The notes: generated by a model from the sequence alone, not told the origin. 64,000 nt of DNA from an uncultured Verrucomicrobiae bacterium (GCA_963772365.1 CAVYXA010000001.1:96001-160000), one strand, 5' to 3'; shown: positions 40,714 through 51,179, counted from the stretch's first letter. A program made the numbers and translations.

Positions 40714-43197
40714 CTACCAATCTGTCCCAATCGGTGAACCATCGGGAATTCGCGGCGGTTTGGGTAACTCGAGAGATTTCGGGTCGCGCCGGAATTGATC
40801 GACTTGCGATAACAACCAGGCGCTTTGCGATTTCTCCGCCGGATCGTTTGTGGTGCGTGCTTTGATTTTTGTCTCGAACTCGTTGATCCGCTCCAAGGCG
40901 TAAGCGCTGACTTGCGGTTCGATGTCGTGATTCATCGATAATTGCAACAGATGAATCACGAACTGTTTCTCAAGCGCCCGCGCGATTTCCTGTTGCGCCC
41001 CGGTTTGGCGGATGTTGCGCGTTGCGGTGTTCTCGATGGCGTCGAATATCTCAGGCATCGACAGATTTTTTGACGCTGCTGCATTTACCTCGACGACTCG
41101 CGCAAGGCGCTCGGGATTTAGGAGAAGATCCAGCTCGGTCGCGATCCATGCTTCAGCCGCAGCAAGCGGATCGAACACCAAACCTGTGTGCGCGCCGAAG
41201 TTCTCCCGGTCGCGCAGGGAACCAGGCGGATGCGGGGGAAGAAGCGCAGTGATACGTGAGGGTAATTCCAGAAAGTCGGGCCGCAGGGTTTGTAACACAG
41301 CTTGAAGAGCAGCTCGCTGCTGATCCGCCGGGAGAGATTCGTTAGTGGGCTGTCCGTCGCCGCGGGTAGCATACGTGTAATTCACTCCGCCTATTAACTT
41401 GGTCGCCGCTTCCGCCTGATATCGATGCATCAAGTAAACCGGCGCAAGCACGTTCTCGAGTGTCGCCATCGGCGCGCCGACCGGAATGTTTTTCTCTCCG
41501 AAATGACTTAACGCCAGCGCGCGCACTTTGATCAGCCGGTTCAATTCATCCGTAGCCGAGCTACCGGCGTCCCAAAGATGCGCGTAAGCGTTTGCGCTCC
41601 CGGAGGGACGAGCATCGGCGTCGGTCAAATAACGGAAACCTTTGGCGATGTTTTCCTGCAAGATGCTCGCGAGTGCATCTGACTCGCCAGTCTCCGCCGG
41701 AAAATCCTGGTAACCGTAAAGAATTGTGCGCTTGTCCCACGCGCCGATCCCGGTGGCATAGGCGTGACTGAGATCGATTTGGCCATTTTTGTCGATCATC
41801 ACCAGCGGCGGCGGATAATCCATGACCGAAGCGCGATCCTGCGTACTGGCGGCAAAATTATGTTGTAAACCAAGGGTGTGACCGACTTCGTGCGCCGCGA
41901 GTTGTCGCAGCCGTGCGAGTGATAACTCGAGCAAGCGCGGATCGGGTTTCGCGCCATTGGCGTAGGCTTCCACCAATCCCTGGGCAATGAGGAAATCCTG
42001 CCGGACACGGAGCGAGCCTAACGATACGTGGCCCTTGATGATCTCGCCCGTGCGCGGATCGATAATTGAAATGCCGTAGGACCAGCCGCGAGTCGAGCGG
42101 TGGACCCATTCGATAACGTTATAGCGCAGGTCCATTGGGTCCGCTCCCTCCGGCAGAATCTTCACCTGGAAAGCATTCTTGTAACCGGCCGCTTCAAATG
42201 CCTGATTCCACCATGATGCGCCTTCCATCAACGCAGACCGGATTGGCTCTGGCGCACCGCGATCGACATAATAAACGATCGGTTCGACCGGCTCACTCAT
42301 CGTTGCCTTGGGATCCTTTTTTTGCAGTCGATGCCGCATGATAAAGCGCTTGCACAGCGGTTCCTGTATCGGCGTTGCGTAATCGGCGTAGCTCATGGCA
42401 TAATAGCCGCAGCGCGGATCGAAAACGCGCGGCCGATATTGATCGTCGGGCAGTTCGACGAAAGAATGATGTTCCCGCACTGTCACTACCTCCGGCGTGG
42501 GCGTTACAGATTTAATCCAATCGCCGCTCGGTTCGCCGGTAAAGGTGAGCGTTGTTTCAAACTCGGTGTTCTTCGGGAAATTTTTGGTCGACGGGAGATA
42601 GATGGCGGAACGGCCGTTATCGATTTTATAATCTCCCTGTTTTTTTTCCTTTAGCTTTGCCGCGACGTGATGCGCATCCTGCAAAAGGAAAGGCGTAGCA
42701 TCGACAAGGACACGATCTTTCTCTCCAGCCGCGACCTTAAAGTCCCACAACACCGAGCGGGCAAAGGCTTCTTCGACCGAGCGTTGTTCGTCCGAATTCT
42801 TTGTAACCGCTCGATACGCGAGATTTTGCTCAACGAGCAGGACCTTTGGCCCAACACGTTCAAATCTCACGACGTGCTCCGGGTTTCGTTGATCGTCGAG
42901 GTCGCCGAACTGACCACGATCCAAACCGATGTCGTTTGAGCCAATGCCGGCTGCGAGCGACGCCACGTAGAGGAAGTCCGAATCAAATCGCGAGATTTCG
43001 AGCCAAACTTTTCCGTGGCGAGCATCCCAGTAGATGTTGAAGAATCCCGGCATCGATCGCATGCCACGGATCTTTTGTGCAATAGTGGGGAGCGGCTTGC
43101 CATCATCGACGTCATTAGAGTTGCTTTTCGGCGCGGCGTCGATCTTTGGCAGGAAGAAAGCTGTGAGAACAACTAAGAAAGTGGGAGCGCGCATCAT
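40714..43197 (-). CDS. Secreted zinc-dependent metalloprotease (DUF5117/DUF4953-type)
   Basis: HEVGHTLGLQHNF, SVMDY, DPRTGEI. Confidence 0.9.
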   Translation of the reverse strand: MMRAPTFLVVLTAFFLPKIDAAPKSNSNDVDDGKPLPTIAQKIRGMRSMPGFFNIYWDARHGKVWLEISRFDSDFLYVASLAAGIGSNDIGLDRGQFGDLDDQRNPEHVVRFERVGPKVLLVEQNLAYRAVTKNSDEQRSVEEAFARSVLWDFKVAAGEKDRVLVDATPFLLQDAHHVAAKLKEKKQGDYKIDNGRSAIYLPSTKNFPKNTEFETTLTFTGEPSGDWIKSVTPTPEVVTVREHHSFVELPDDQYRPRVFDPRCGYYAMSYADYATPIQEPLCKRFIMRHRLQKKDPKATMSEPVEPIVYYVDRGAPEPIRSALMEGASWWNQAFEAAGYKNAFQVKILPEGADPMDLRYNVIEWVHRSTRGWSYGISIIDPRTGEIIKGHVSLGSLRVRQDFLIAQGLVEAYANGAKPDPRLLELSLARLRQLAAHEVGHTLGLQHNFAASTQDRASVMDYPPPLVMIDKNGQIDLSHAYATGIGAWDKRTILYGYQDFPAETGESDALASILQENIAKGFRYLTDADARPSGSANAYAHLWDAGSSATDELNRLIKVRALALSHFGEKNIPVGAPMATLENVLAPVYLMHRYQAEAATKLIGGVNYTYATRGDGQPTNESLPADQQRAALQAVLQTLRPDFLELPSRITALLPPHPPGSLRDRENFGAHTGLVFDPLAAAEAWIATELDLLLNPERLARVVEVNAAASKNLSMPEIFDAIENTATRNIRQTGAQQEIARALEKQFVIHLLQLSMNHDIEPQVSAYALERINEFETKIKARTTNDPAEKSQSAWLLSQVDQFRRDPKSLELPKPPRIPDGSPIGTDW

Positions 43198-43362
43198 GGC
43201 CGCGAGATTAGCACGTCGGGCATGAAAGGCGCGCGCAAAGTGAGTTTAATTCGGCAAGGCGCTCCAACAATTCCGATCGAGTTTCCGAGACAGCGTGAAC
43301 AATCCTCACGATGGTCACACCAGAGCTTGAGCCTGACGCTCGACCCGCTATCCTCGAAATCT

Positions 43363-44094
43363 ATGCATCGGGATTATCACCGTTGGTACTCGCAAAGACT
43401 CAATCGCGACATGGGCGTTGCGATTTACGGCAATTACGGCGCGCCCATCCTCGCTTTCCCGACGAGCGGCGGCGACGAGTGGGAAATGGAGGGTCAGGGT
43501 ATGATCAGCGCCCTCAGCGGTTACCTGGAAGACGGGCGAATCCGCATCTTCTGTATCAACAGCGTGAATAATGATTCGTTCCAAAACAAAGGCGCGCATC
43601 CTTTTCACCGGAGTTGGATGCAGGCGCAGTACGATTCTTATATTGCGAACGAGGTTTTCCCGTTTATCGATTCTCAGTGCCAGACGCCGGGCATCGGCAT
43701 CGCCACGTTAGGCGCATCACTCGGTGCCTATCACGCGGCCAATACGCTCTTCAAACATCCCGATCATGTGAAGCGATGTTATGCGCTCTCGGGCGTTTAC
43801 GACATGAAGAATTCGATGGACGGAATGTACGACGACAACTTTTACTTCAATAACCCGGTCGACTACATGTCGAACCTGAGCGATCCATGGTATTTCCATC
43901 ACTATGCGAGCTGCGACATCCGACTCGTGACCGGCTGCGGCCCGTGGGAGAACAGCGGTCCGACGTATCGAATGTCGGAAATCCTCAGGGACCGCGGCAT
44001 TGCACATCATCTGGATGATTGGGGCCCGGAGGGCGGACATGAATGGCCCTATTGGCATCACCAGATGTGGGAGTACGTGCGCCAGCATTATTAA
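43363..44094 (+). CDS. Esterase (alpha/beta hydrolase)
   Basis: FPTSGG, GASLG nucleophile motif, HEWPYW. Confidence 0.88.
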   Translation: MHRDYHRWYSQRLNRDMGVAIYGNYGAPILAFPTSGGDEWEMEGQGMISALSGYLEDGRIRIFCINSVNNDSFQNKGAHPFHRSWMQAQYDSYIANEVFPFIDSQCQTPGIGIATLGASLGAYHAANTLFKHPDHVKRCYALSGVYDMKNSMDGMYDDNFYFNNPVDYMSNLSDPWYFHHYASCDIRLVTGCGPWENSGPTYRMSEILRDRGIAHHLDDWGPEGGHEWPYWHHQMWEYVRQHY

Positions 44095-44150
44095 GCTGGC
44101 TTTCGGGATGCGCGGCACGTGATTCGGGATTCGGGATTCGAGAATGCTTT

Positions 44151-45038
44151 TCAATCGCGCCGAATACGCAGAAACGAAGGGAACCGCGGCAGGCCTTTCG
44201 CAGTTAATCCGCGGAAACGGTACGTGATGACGGCTCCCATCGGCGGCGGCGATTCCCGCTGCGCTTCGGTAAAGCCGCTCCCGATAGAAAATTCCCTGCC
44301 ATCATCCGTTCGCACGCGAAGGGCACCGAGCTTACCGGCATATTTTCCCTTCCCCGGTTCGTGGGCGATGACGGTCGCTTCCGCATCATCATAAGGCTTG
44401 ACCTTGAGTAACGTGGGCGAGCGGCCCGCTTCGTAGGTCGACTCCGGCTGGCGCAACATTAGTCCTTCGCCCCCGAGTTTAACGACCCGATCGCGCTCGG
44501 CCAGCAACTGGGTCACACCCTGGCAGCGTTCCTGTGACACGACTCTGGCGAACTTGTTTCCTTCGGGGAATGTGTCGCGCAAGAATTGCATTCGCTGTTC
44601 GAAGCCACCTTTAGCCTGCGGGGCATCGAACACCATAAAGTGAACGCGCTTCCAACGATCGTCCGGCGTTTCGGAACGGACGATGCTGACAGTCTCTTCA
44701 AATTTTCCATGACCAACCCATAACTCGCCATCGAGAGCGACGTCGCGGGGCAACTCTGCGAGAAAATAATCAGGCGCGTGAATGAGATTTCCCTGTCGCG
44801 TCCATAACTTTTGGCCATCCCAGTAACCGCGGAGGCCGTCATATTTTTCGCTCATCCACCAGCCGGTGGGATCAATGGATGGATCCCAAACCTTCGCCAG
44901 CAGCAGCCGTGGAGCTTGCTTCTCCGCAGCTTGCGTGGCGGCAGTGAGTTCCTTCTCTTTCGCTGCAACGCTGCACGTCAGGACGATGCTTGCCGTCAAT
45001 ACCAGAAATGTCGCTCTGCATTTGAACGGGATTTTCAT
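44151..45038 (-). CDS. Minimal ATP-dependent DNA ligase with N-terminal signal peptide (LigE-like)
   Basis: SEKYDG (motif I), LDGELW, EGLML, LLKVK, OB domain IGSGF, PRFP; leader MKIPFKCRATFLVLTASIVLTCSVAA. Confidence 0.9.
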   Translation of the reverse strand: MKIPFKCRATFLVLTASIVLTCSVAAKEKELTAATQAAEKQAPRLLLAKVWDPSIDPTGWWMSEKYDGLRGYWDGQKLWTRQGNLIHAPDYFLAELPRDVALDGELWVGHGKFEETVSIVRSETPDDRWKRVHFMVFDAPQAKGGFEQRMQFLRDTFPEGNKFARVVSQERCQGVTQLLAERDRVVKLGGEGLMLRQPESTYEAGRSPTLLKVKPYDDAEATVIAHEPGKGKYAGKLGALRVRTDDGREFSIGSGFTEAQRESPPPMGAVITYRFRGLTAKGLPRFPSFLRIRRD

Positions 45039-45084
45039 GCCTAACAGGCTGGGAAATTCTGAAACGATCGCGGACGCAAAGCGT

Positions 45085-45492
45085 TCAACCTCCATCGGGT
45101 GAGCTTTGTGCCGGGAATGGCGTTTGACCCACAGAAAAATCTCCACTCGTCGGGCCCGATTGCGCAGAGTCCGACTGCGCTGTTGCTCGTTTCGCTGCCC
45201 ACCGGGCCTTCATCGCTGCCGCCAGTTGGGCACGGCGTTCGGGGGAAATGTTCAGTTTTCTCTTTGCTTTTTTGGCGGCGCGTTCTGGCTGCTTCGATTT
45301 CTTTGCTGGCGTCTTCTTAACCGGTTTCATACGGGCTTTACGCGCCCCGGCGGCGGATCGACGCTCTGCTTTCTTTGCCTTTTCCCTCTCCAACGCCTGG
45401 AGTTTCCGCTTCATTCTGGCCAACTTCCCCGGGCCTTCCTGCAACCGCGTCTCCAAGCGGCGAATCTTTTTCTTTAATGTTTTCAGCTTCAT
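45085..45492 (-). CDS. Highly basic Lys/Arg/Ala-rich hypothetical protein
   Basis: ISPERRAQLAAAMKARWAAKR motif after coiled-coil and K-rich segment. Confidence 0.7.
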   Translation of the reverse strand: MKLKTLKKKIRRLETRLQEGPGKLARMKRKLQALEREKAKKAERRSAAGARKARMKPVKKTPAKKSKQPERAAKKAKRKLNISPERRAQLAAAMKARWAAKRATAQSDSAQSGPTSGDFSVGQTPFPAQSSPDGG

Positions 45493-45637
45493 GCTCTGTC
45501 CTCCCCAATTTGGAGTGATTTAGCGATTCAACTGAAAATGAATGACAATGTCACGCGATTCTTGCTGTCTAACGCTGTCAATCCCGTCCAAAAAACAGGA
45601 TTGGACGCTGCCCGTGCGGCGTTCGACGTTTGCCGCG

Positions 45638-46069
45638 ATGAACAAGGACAATATCCAGCTCACCGCCGTTGAGGATCACGACGGAATCCTAACGATTCGC
45701 GGCGGCGGCGCCCGGCGTGATTGGAATGGCATCCATTATAAACAAGGCATGTCGGGTAAAAACGTGGGCACAACCAGATTATCGGCCAATATCGCCACGA
45801 TTCCGCCAGGCGGCGTCGCGTATGCTCATATCCATGTCGATTTCGAAGTAATCCTGTACATCATTGAAGGAAAAGTGCGCCACGAATTCGGATCGGGGCT
45901 GAAACAGAAGATCGAGAACCAGGCCGGCGATTTTATTTATATCAAACCAGGTGTACCTCACGAAGTTTTCAACATGAGCGACACGGAACCGGTCGTGGCC
46001 TTCGTTGCGCGATCGTCCGCCGACGAATGGGACAACATCATTTCATACGAGCGAAACACGGCACCCTAA
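45638..46069 (+). CDS. Cupin-domain protein
   Basis: AHIH..E, GDFIYIKPGVPH. Confidence 0.88.
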   Translation: MNKDNIQLTAVEDHDGILTIRGGGARRDWNGIHYKQGMSGKNVGTTRLSANIATIPPGGVAYAHIHVDFEVILYIIEGKVRHEFGSGLKQKIENQAGDFIYIKPGVPHEVFNMSDTEPVVAFVARSSADEWDNIISYERNTAP

Positions 46070-46077
46070 CGCGCTCG

Positions 46078-46219
46078 AGGTGGATCGGCTTCTCCGAAGA
46101 CGATGCTATGACCAATCGCCGAAGGCGCAATACTCCCATTTGAACTATCGCAAATCGAAAAAGTTTGGCGCCTCCAGCGCCTTTGCTTTACCAACGCGTT
46201 GAGACAACGCGTTCCACCT
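46078..46219. repeat. ~140-bp REPIN/MITE-like element, copy 1
   Basis: Terminal IR AGGTGGA/TCCACCT, a hairpin at each end; homologous to 49139-49282. Confidence 0.8.
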
Positions 46220-46270
46220 TCCTTCGACGTTCGCTGTTGAGCGTTCGGCGTTTGCTTCTAGCATAATTCC

Positions 46271-46798
46271 ATGCCGAAGCATCTCGTCATCAGCACCAGC
46301 GGAAATCCCGATTCGAACAGCCGCCGGATGGGCCGCGCCGCCTTTGCTCGTCTGCAAACACGAAAAGCGGATTGCGATTGGATCGACATCAGCACCATGG
46401 ACCTTCCATTGTGCGACGCGGATAAATGTTACGGAATGCCCGGCTCAAAAAAGCTCAGCAGCGCAATTGAATCGGCTGATGGGATCCTCGTCGCCGCGCC
46501 GGTATATAATTATGACGTCGCTGCGGCGGCCAAGAACATGATCGAGCTCACTGGCAGCGCTTGGAAAGACAAGATTGTAGGGTTCCTTTGCGCAGCCGGC
46601 GGCCGGTCGAGTTATATGTCGGTCATGGCTTATGCCAATAGTCTGATGCTCGATTTTCGCTGTGTCATTCTCCCCCGTTTCGTGTTCGCCACCGGCGATG
46701 CTTTTGACGGCGATAAGATCGTCGATCAACAGACCGTCTCTCGAATCGAACAAGTAGCCGACGAGCTAATCCGCTTCACCAAGGCATTGCGCGGCTGA
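46271..46798 (+). CDS. NADPH-dependent FMN reductase
   Basis: SNSRRM, APVYNY, KN, flavodoxin-like fold. Confidence 0.88.
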   Translation: MPKHLVISTSGNPDSNSRRMGRAAFARLQTRKADCDWIDISTMDLPLCDADKCYGMPGSKKLSSAIESADGILVAAPVYNYDVAAAAKNMIELTGSAWKDKIVGFLCAAGGRSSYMSVMAYANSLMLDFRCVILPRFVFATGDAFDGDKIVDQQTVSRIEQVADELIRFTKALRG

Positions 46799-46884
46799 GC
46801 CTGCCCGTGTGGACATTTCGTTGCCATGTCCAAATGCAAAAAGCGGCTGACACCGCCAGACCGCTTCGGTAGTTGTAATTAGAT

Positions 46885-47778
46885 ATGACATTAGTCGTCG
46901 GAGCTACGGGCTTTCTTGGCTTGGAGATTTGTCGTCGTCTCGCAGCCGCCGGTAAGCCCTTCCGGGCGATGGCGCGCAAGACGTCCGATCCGGCAAAGAA
47001 GGAAGCGCTTCAGAAGCTCGGCGCTGAGATCGTCGAAGGCGACTTGAAAGATCGACAATCACTTGATCGCGCGTGTGATGGCGTTGATGCGGTAATTTCG
47101 ACGTCAACTTCGATTTCATCAAAACAGGAGGGCGATTCGTTTCAGAGCGTCGATTTGCGAGGACAAAAGGATCTGATCGATGCTGCACATCGCGCAAATG
47201 TCAGACGCTTTGTTTTCATTTCCGTGGCGACTGATTTCGGCCTGGATGCGGGGAATCCTTTGGTCGAGGCAAAACGGGCTGTCGAAGATCACCTGCGCCA
47301 GAGCGGGATGATTTACACCATTCTTCGGCCCAGCTGCTTCATGGAGATTTGGCTGGGCCCCCATCTCGGGTTCGATCCGAAGAACGGCAAAGTGACCATT
47401 TATGGTTCGGGAAAAAACAAGGTCAGCTTCATTTCGCTGTATGATGTCGCTCAATTCGCGGCGGATGCCTTATCGAACCCAGCTGCGGCCAATACCGAGA
47501 TAAATCTCGGTGGTCCCGAGGCACTGAGTCCTCTGGAAATAGTCAGCATTTTTGAGGAACGGGCCAAACGCTCATTCGAAAAGCAGTTTGTTCCCGAAGA
47601 AAATCTCAAGGCCCGAAAAGCCGCAGCCACAAATCCGGTCGAATTAGCATTTGCCTGCCTTACTCAGGCTGTGGCTCGGGGAAACGTCATCGACATGGAC
47701 GAGACCTCGAGAAAATTCTCCTTTCATCCAAGATCGGTCCAAGAATATGCCGAGACTGTCATTCGCCCGGGGACCTGA
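46885..47778 (+). CDS. NmrA-like/SDR NAD(P)-binding oxidoreductase
   Basis: VVGATGFLG, ILRPSCFME. Confidence 0.88.
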   Translation: MTLVVGATGFLGLEICRRLAAAGKPFRAMARKTSDPAKKEALQKLGAEIVEGDLKDRQSLDRACDGVDAVISTSTSISSKQEGDSFQSVDLRGQKDLIDAAHRANVRRFVFISVATDFGLDAGNPLVEAKRAVEDHLRQSGMIYTILRPSCFMEIWLGPHLGFDPKNGKVTIYGSGKNKVSFISLYDVAQFAADALSNPAAANTEINLGGPEALSPLEIVSIFEERAKRSFEKQFVPEENLKARKAAATNPVELAFACLTQAVARGNVIDMDETSRKFSFHPRSVQEYAETVIRPGT

Positions 47779-47807
47779 GCTTTCGATGCTGCAGGAAGTC
47801 TGCGCCG

Positions 47808-47996
47808 TTACCAGCTCATCGTTCCGCCCGATCGCCCTCCCGGTGCAGGCTGCAAGCTCTGCTCGCCTGGAATTTTTTCTCCGGGAACGGCGTTGTCCGT
47901 CGATTCGGAACTGGAGGACGACCCTGCAAAGTCCGATGCACAAGCGTTCAGTAGCAATGCAGCGGCGAACGCAATAATCGCAAGACGTTTGCTCAT
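47808..47996 (-). CDS. Small lipoprotein
   Basis: MSKR plus hydrophobic stretch and lipobox LNAC. Confidence 0.65.
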   Translation of the reverse strand: MSKRLAIIAFAAALLLNACASDFAGSSSSSESTDNAVPGEKIPGEQSLQPAPGGRSGGTMSW

Positions 47997-48055
47997 GGGT
48001 CGAAGCTAATCATCCCAATGTTTGATGCAACCTGGCGAGGCCGGTAAGTTGGATT

Positions 48056-49132
48056 GTGACGCCGAAGATCGACATCAAATCGTTTTCGCTCGATGAACTG
48101 AAGGAACGGCTCAGCGAACTGGGCCAACCGCTGTATCGCGCCGACCAGATTACAGACTGGCTTTATCAAAAGCGCGTCGATGCGTTCGACAAGATGACCG
48201 ATCTGCCGCAGGCGCTGCGGACCCGGCTCTCAGAGAAATTTTCGCTTAACAAGATCGACATCGTCCGTGTACTCGGATCCAAAGACACGACGCGAAAATT
48301 CCTGTTTCGGCTGAGCGACGGAAATCTGATCGAATCGGTGTCGATTCCCGCTTCGCCTGCTCTGTACGGCGAAAAATCGGACCGTCACACCATTTGTGTC
48401 TCGACCCAGGTCGGCTGCGCTTACGGCTGTAAATTTTGCGCGAGCGGCCTGGAAGGGTTTTCGAGAAATCTGCGACCAAACGAAATTGTCGATCAATTGA
48501 TCGCGGTCGAGCGCGAAACTGGAGAGAAGATCGACAATGTCGTGTTCATGGGGATGGGTGAGCCGCTGGCGAATTTCGATAATGTGATGCGAGCGATCCG
48601 CATCATTAACGCGCCGTGGGGCCTTGGTATCGGCGCCCGTCATATCACGGTTTCAACCAGTGGACTCGCACCGCAAATCAGGAAACTTGCCAATGATCCA
48701 TTGCAAATCCGCCTCGCCGTTTCGCTCCATGGCGCAACTGATATGGTGCGAAATCAAATCATGCCGATCAATCGGCGTTACAATCTCGAGACACTTCTCG
48801 CGGCCTGTGATTATTATGCGTCGCACAAGAAACAGCGGCTCACTTTTGAATACATTTTGATCGCGGATGTAAACGATTCCTCCGACCAAGCCCAGCTGCT
48901 CGCGCTTCAGGCCAAGCGCTTATCCGCAAAAGTAAACTTCATTCCGTACAACAATGTTGAAGGGTTGCCCTGGGCTCGGCCCTCGCGAAATCGTCAGGAA
49001 AAATTTTTGTCGATCCTCCGCACGGAGGGAGTCGCGGCCACATTGCGCCGCGAGAAAGGTCACGACATTCAAGCGGCCTGTGGCCAGTTGCGGTTGCAAA
49101 CAAAACGGGAAGAGCTCAGTACTTCGCGCTGA
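48056..49132 (+). CDS. rlmN: 23S rRNA m2A2503/tRNA A37 methyltransferase RlmN
   Basis: CVSTQVGCAYGCKFC, MGMGEP, SLH, EY, AACGQL. Confidence 0.96.
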   Translation: MTPKIDIKSFSLDELKERLSELGQPLYRADQITDWLYQKRVDAFDKMTDLPQALRTRLSEKFSLNKIDIVRVLGSKDTTRKFLFRLSDGNLIESVSIPASPALYGEKSDRHTICVSTQVGCAYGCKFCASGLEGFSRNLRPNEIVDQLIAVERETGEKIDNVVFMGMGEPLANFDNVMRAIRIINAPWGLGIGARHITVSTSGLAPQIRKLANDPLQIRLAVSLHGATDMVRNQIMPINRRYNLETLLAACDYYASHKKQRLTFEYILIADVNDSSDQAQLLALQAKRLSAKVNFIPYNNVEGLPWARPSRNRQEKFLSILRTEGVAATLRREKGHDIQAACGQLRLQTKREELSTSR

Positions 49133-49138
49133 ATACAT

Positions 49139-49282
49139 GGATGGATCGGCTTCTCCGAAGACGGTGGAAACGAATCGCCGTAGGCGCAAAATTCACACAA
49201 CAGCCGCCACCCCAAATCGACAATTTTTGGCGGAAAAGCCGCACTTACTTTACCAACGCGTTTAGGACAACGCGTTCCACCT
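49139..49282. repeat. ~140-bp REPIN/MITE-like element, copy 2
   Basis: TGGATCGGCTTCTCCGAAGACG and TTTACCAACGCGTT..GACAACGCGTTCCACCT shared with 46078-46219. Confidence 0.8.
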
Positions 49283-49353
49283 CGGCGGAGTAAGGCTAAT
49301 GAAGAAGCACAATTGTTTTTGCGCGCACCAAGAAGCTGGCCTTTAATTTCCTC

Positions 49354-50019
49354 ATGGCCGGCTACGAGGGCGAATCAGAGCGGACTTGGGACGAATTCGA
49401 ATGGGAGCGATTTCTCCGGGAGCAGGATGAGAAGACGGAGAAATACATGGAGCTGATGGAGCAATACATCGACGATCCGCGCCGGGACGAAATTATCGCC
49501 CGCGAGATGGGTTGGTCAGACCTGCTCGATACCGCGGATGATGAGGATGAGATCGAGGCGATGGCCAATGAGGATTGGAAGACGGACGGGGAAGACGATT
49601 CGTTAGTCGAAGATGATGCCCCGTCTTCGCTGCAAAGCTTCGAAGATCATAGCCTTTATCGTGCGGCGTTTTCTTTCACAGTCTGGATCGACCAACTTTT
49701 TGACGATCATCCTTCGCTCCAGAACGATCCGACGGCGGTGAAACTGGCAACTTATTCCGCCATGGCCAGCGCGAAATTGGCCGCAGCTTTGAGTGACGAT
49801 GATGCCGATGAAATCGGAATGACGATCGCCTATTTAAAACGGGCGCTGAAAGCGATCACCACGTCGATGGAAAGCGCGGCGCAGTTGTTCGCCCAAAAAC
49901 GAATCAGCCCCGAGCAGCACGCAATTTTGGAACAGCGGCTTTTCCAGGTGCGCGACGGAATTATTAGCCTCATGGGCGCCTATCGGGGCGAATGGCGTCG
50001 GCGTTTCGGCTCGTGCTAG
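49354..50019 (+). CDS. Acidic hypothetical protein
   Basis: Long ORF with WDEFEWERFL; operon position before the sigma factor. Confidence 0.7.
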   Translation: MAGYEGESERTWDEFEWERFLREQDEKTEKYMELMEQYIDDPRRDEIIAREMGWSDLLDTADDEDEIEAMANEDWKTDGEDDSLVEDDAPSSLQSFEDHSLYRAAFSFTVWIDQLFDDHPSLQNDPTAVKLATYSAMASAKLAAALSDDDADEIGMTIAYLKRALKAITTSMESAAQLFAQKRISPEQHAILEQRLFQVRDGIISLMGAYRGEWRRRFGSC

Positions 50020-50056
50020 AGGCGATTGAATTATTTGGCCGCTCGCCCGTCCAAGA

Positions 50057-50668
50057 ATGCAAACGGAAGCGACTCTGGCTCAAACTGATGTGTCGGACCT
50101 GGAGCTGGTGAAACAATGCCAGGCCGGTCGAACCGAGGCATTCGACGAGCTGGTCAGCCGCCATCGAACCCGAGTTTTCGCCATGATCTACAATATGGTT
50201 CATAACGAGCAGGATGCCTGGGATCTGGCTCAGGACAGTTTTGTGAAGGCCTGGAAATCGATAAAACGGTTTCGCGGTCAGGCATCCTTTTTCACTTGGC
50301 TTTACCGAATCGTGATGAACGTGACGATCGATTGGCTCCGCAAAAAACAAATCAAAAGCGGAGGAGCCGAGTTTAGCGACGTGATTCAAACGGGCGAGAT
50401 CGACCCGGCAGCGCGGACGGTGCCGAAATCGGATCCGTTACCGCACCGGCAAATGGAACAACAGGAGATCCGGGCGAGGATCGATAACGCCATTGCCCAG
50501 CTTTCGCCGGAACATCGCGCTGTGATTTTGATGAAAGAAACGCAGGACATGCAATATCACGAGATCGCCGAGACGCTGGGCTGCTCGATCGGGACGGTGA
50601 TGTCGCGCCTGTTTTATGCGCGCAAAAAGCTGCAAAACCTCTTGAGAGATGTTTATGAAAACGTTTGA
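50057..50668 (+). CDS. ECF RNA polymerase sigma factor
   Basis: DLAQDSFVKAW, FFTWLYRI, YHEIAETLGCSIGTVMSRLFYAR. Confidence 0.95.
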   Translation: MQTEATLAQTDVSDLELVKQCQAGRTEAFDELVSRHRTRVFAMIYNMVHNEQDAWDLAQDSFVKAWKSIKRFRGQASFFTWLYRIVMNVTIDWLRKKQIKSGGAEFSDVIQTGEIDPAARTVPKSDPLPHRQMEQQEIRARIDNAIAQLSPEHRAVILMKETQDMQYHEIAETLGCSIGTVMSRLFYARKKLQNLLRDVYENV

Positions 50669-51173
50669 AGAAAAATGGACAGCCTGGCTCGATGATCAGT
50701 TGAGCGGCAAAGAACTAGCGGAGTTCGAAGCGTCGCTGCCGGACAAAGCGGCCGCCGAAGCGGAGAAACGCGAGGCCAGGCAACTCGGCACGCTATTAAA
50801 GGAGCAGATCGGTTCTCGCGTGTTGACTAACGAAGAATTTTTCGATCATCAACTTCGAGAACGGATTGAGCGGGAGAAAGCTGCGCCCTCGCGACGGCGA
50901 GATGTGGACGTTCCAGGATGGTGGACGATCCGGCGATTATTCTGGGCCGGCGCGACATCGCTCGCCCTATTTCTGATTTGCGCCGTTCTGATTATGCGTG
51001 ACAACAATCCGCCGGAGCAATCCCAATATCTTACCCAAATTTTGAACGCGCGTGTCGATCCTAACACCAGCCCGCATGCGACTTTGTCGGTTTTTGAAAC
51101 CAAACAGGATCGGGTGACGGTGATTTGGACCGAGGGATTACAAACACTTCCAGCAGAGTACGCGGCAAAGTAA
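50655..51173 (+). CDS. Putative membrane-bound anti-sigma factor
   Basis: Overlaps the sigma gene; AWLDDQLS (anti-sigma-like N-terminus) and a single TM. Confidence 0.7.
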   Translation: MKTFEEKWTAWLDDQLSGKELAEFEASLPDKAAAEAEKREARQLGTLLKEQIGSRVLTNEEFFDHQLRERIEREKAAPSRRRDVDVPGWWTIRRLFWAGATSLALFLICAVLIMRDNNPPEQSQYLTQILNARVDPNTSPHATLSVFETKQDRVTVIWTEGLQTLPAEYAAK

Positions 51174-51179
51174 CGGCTG

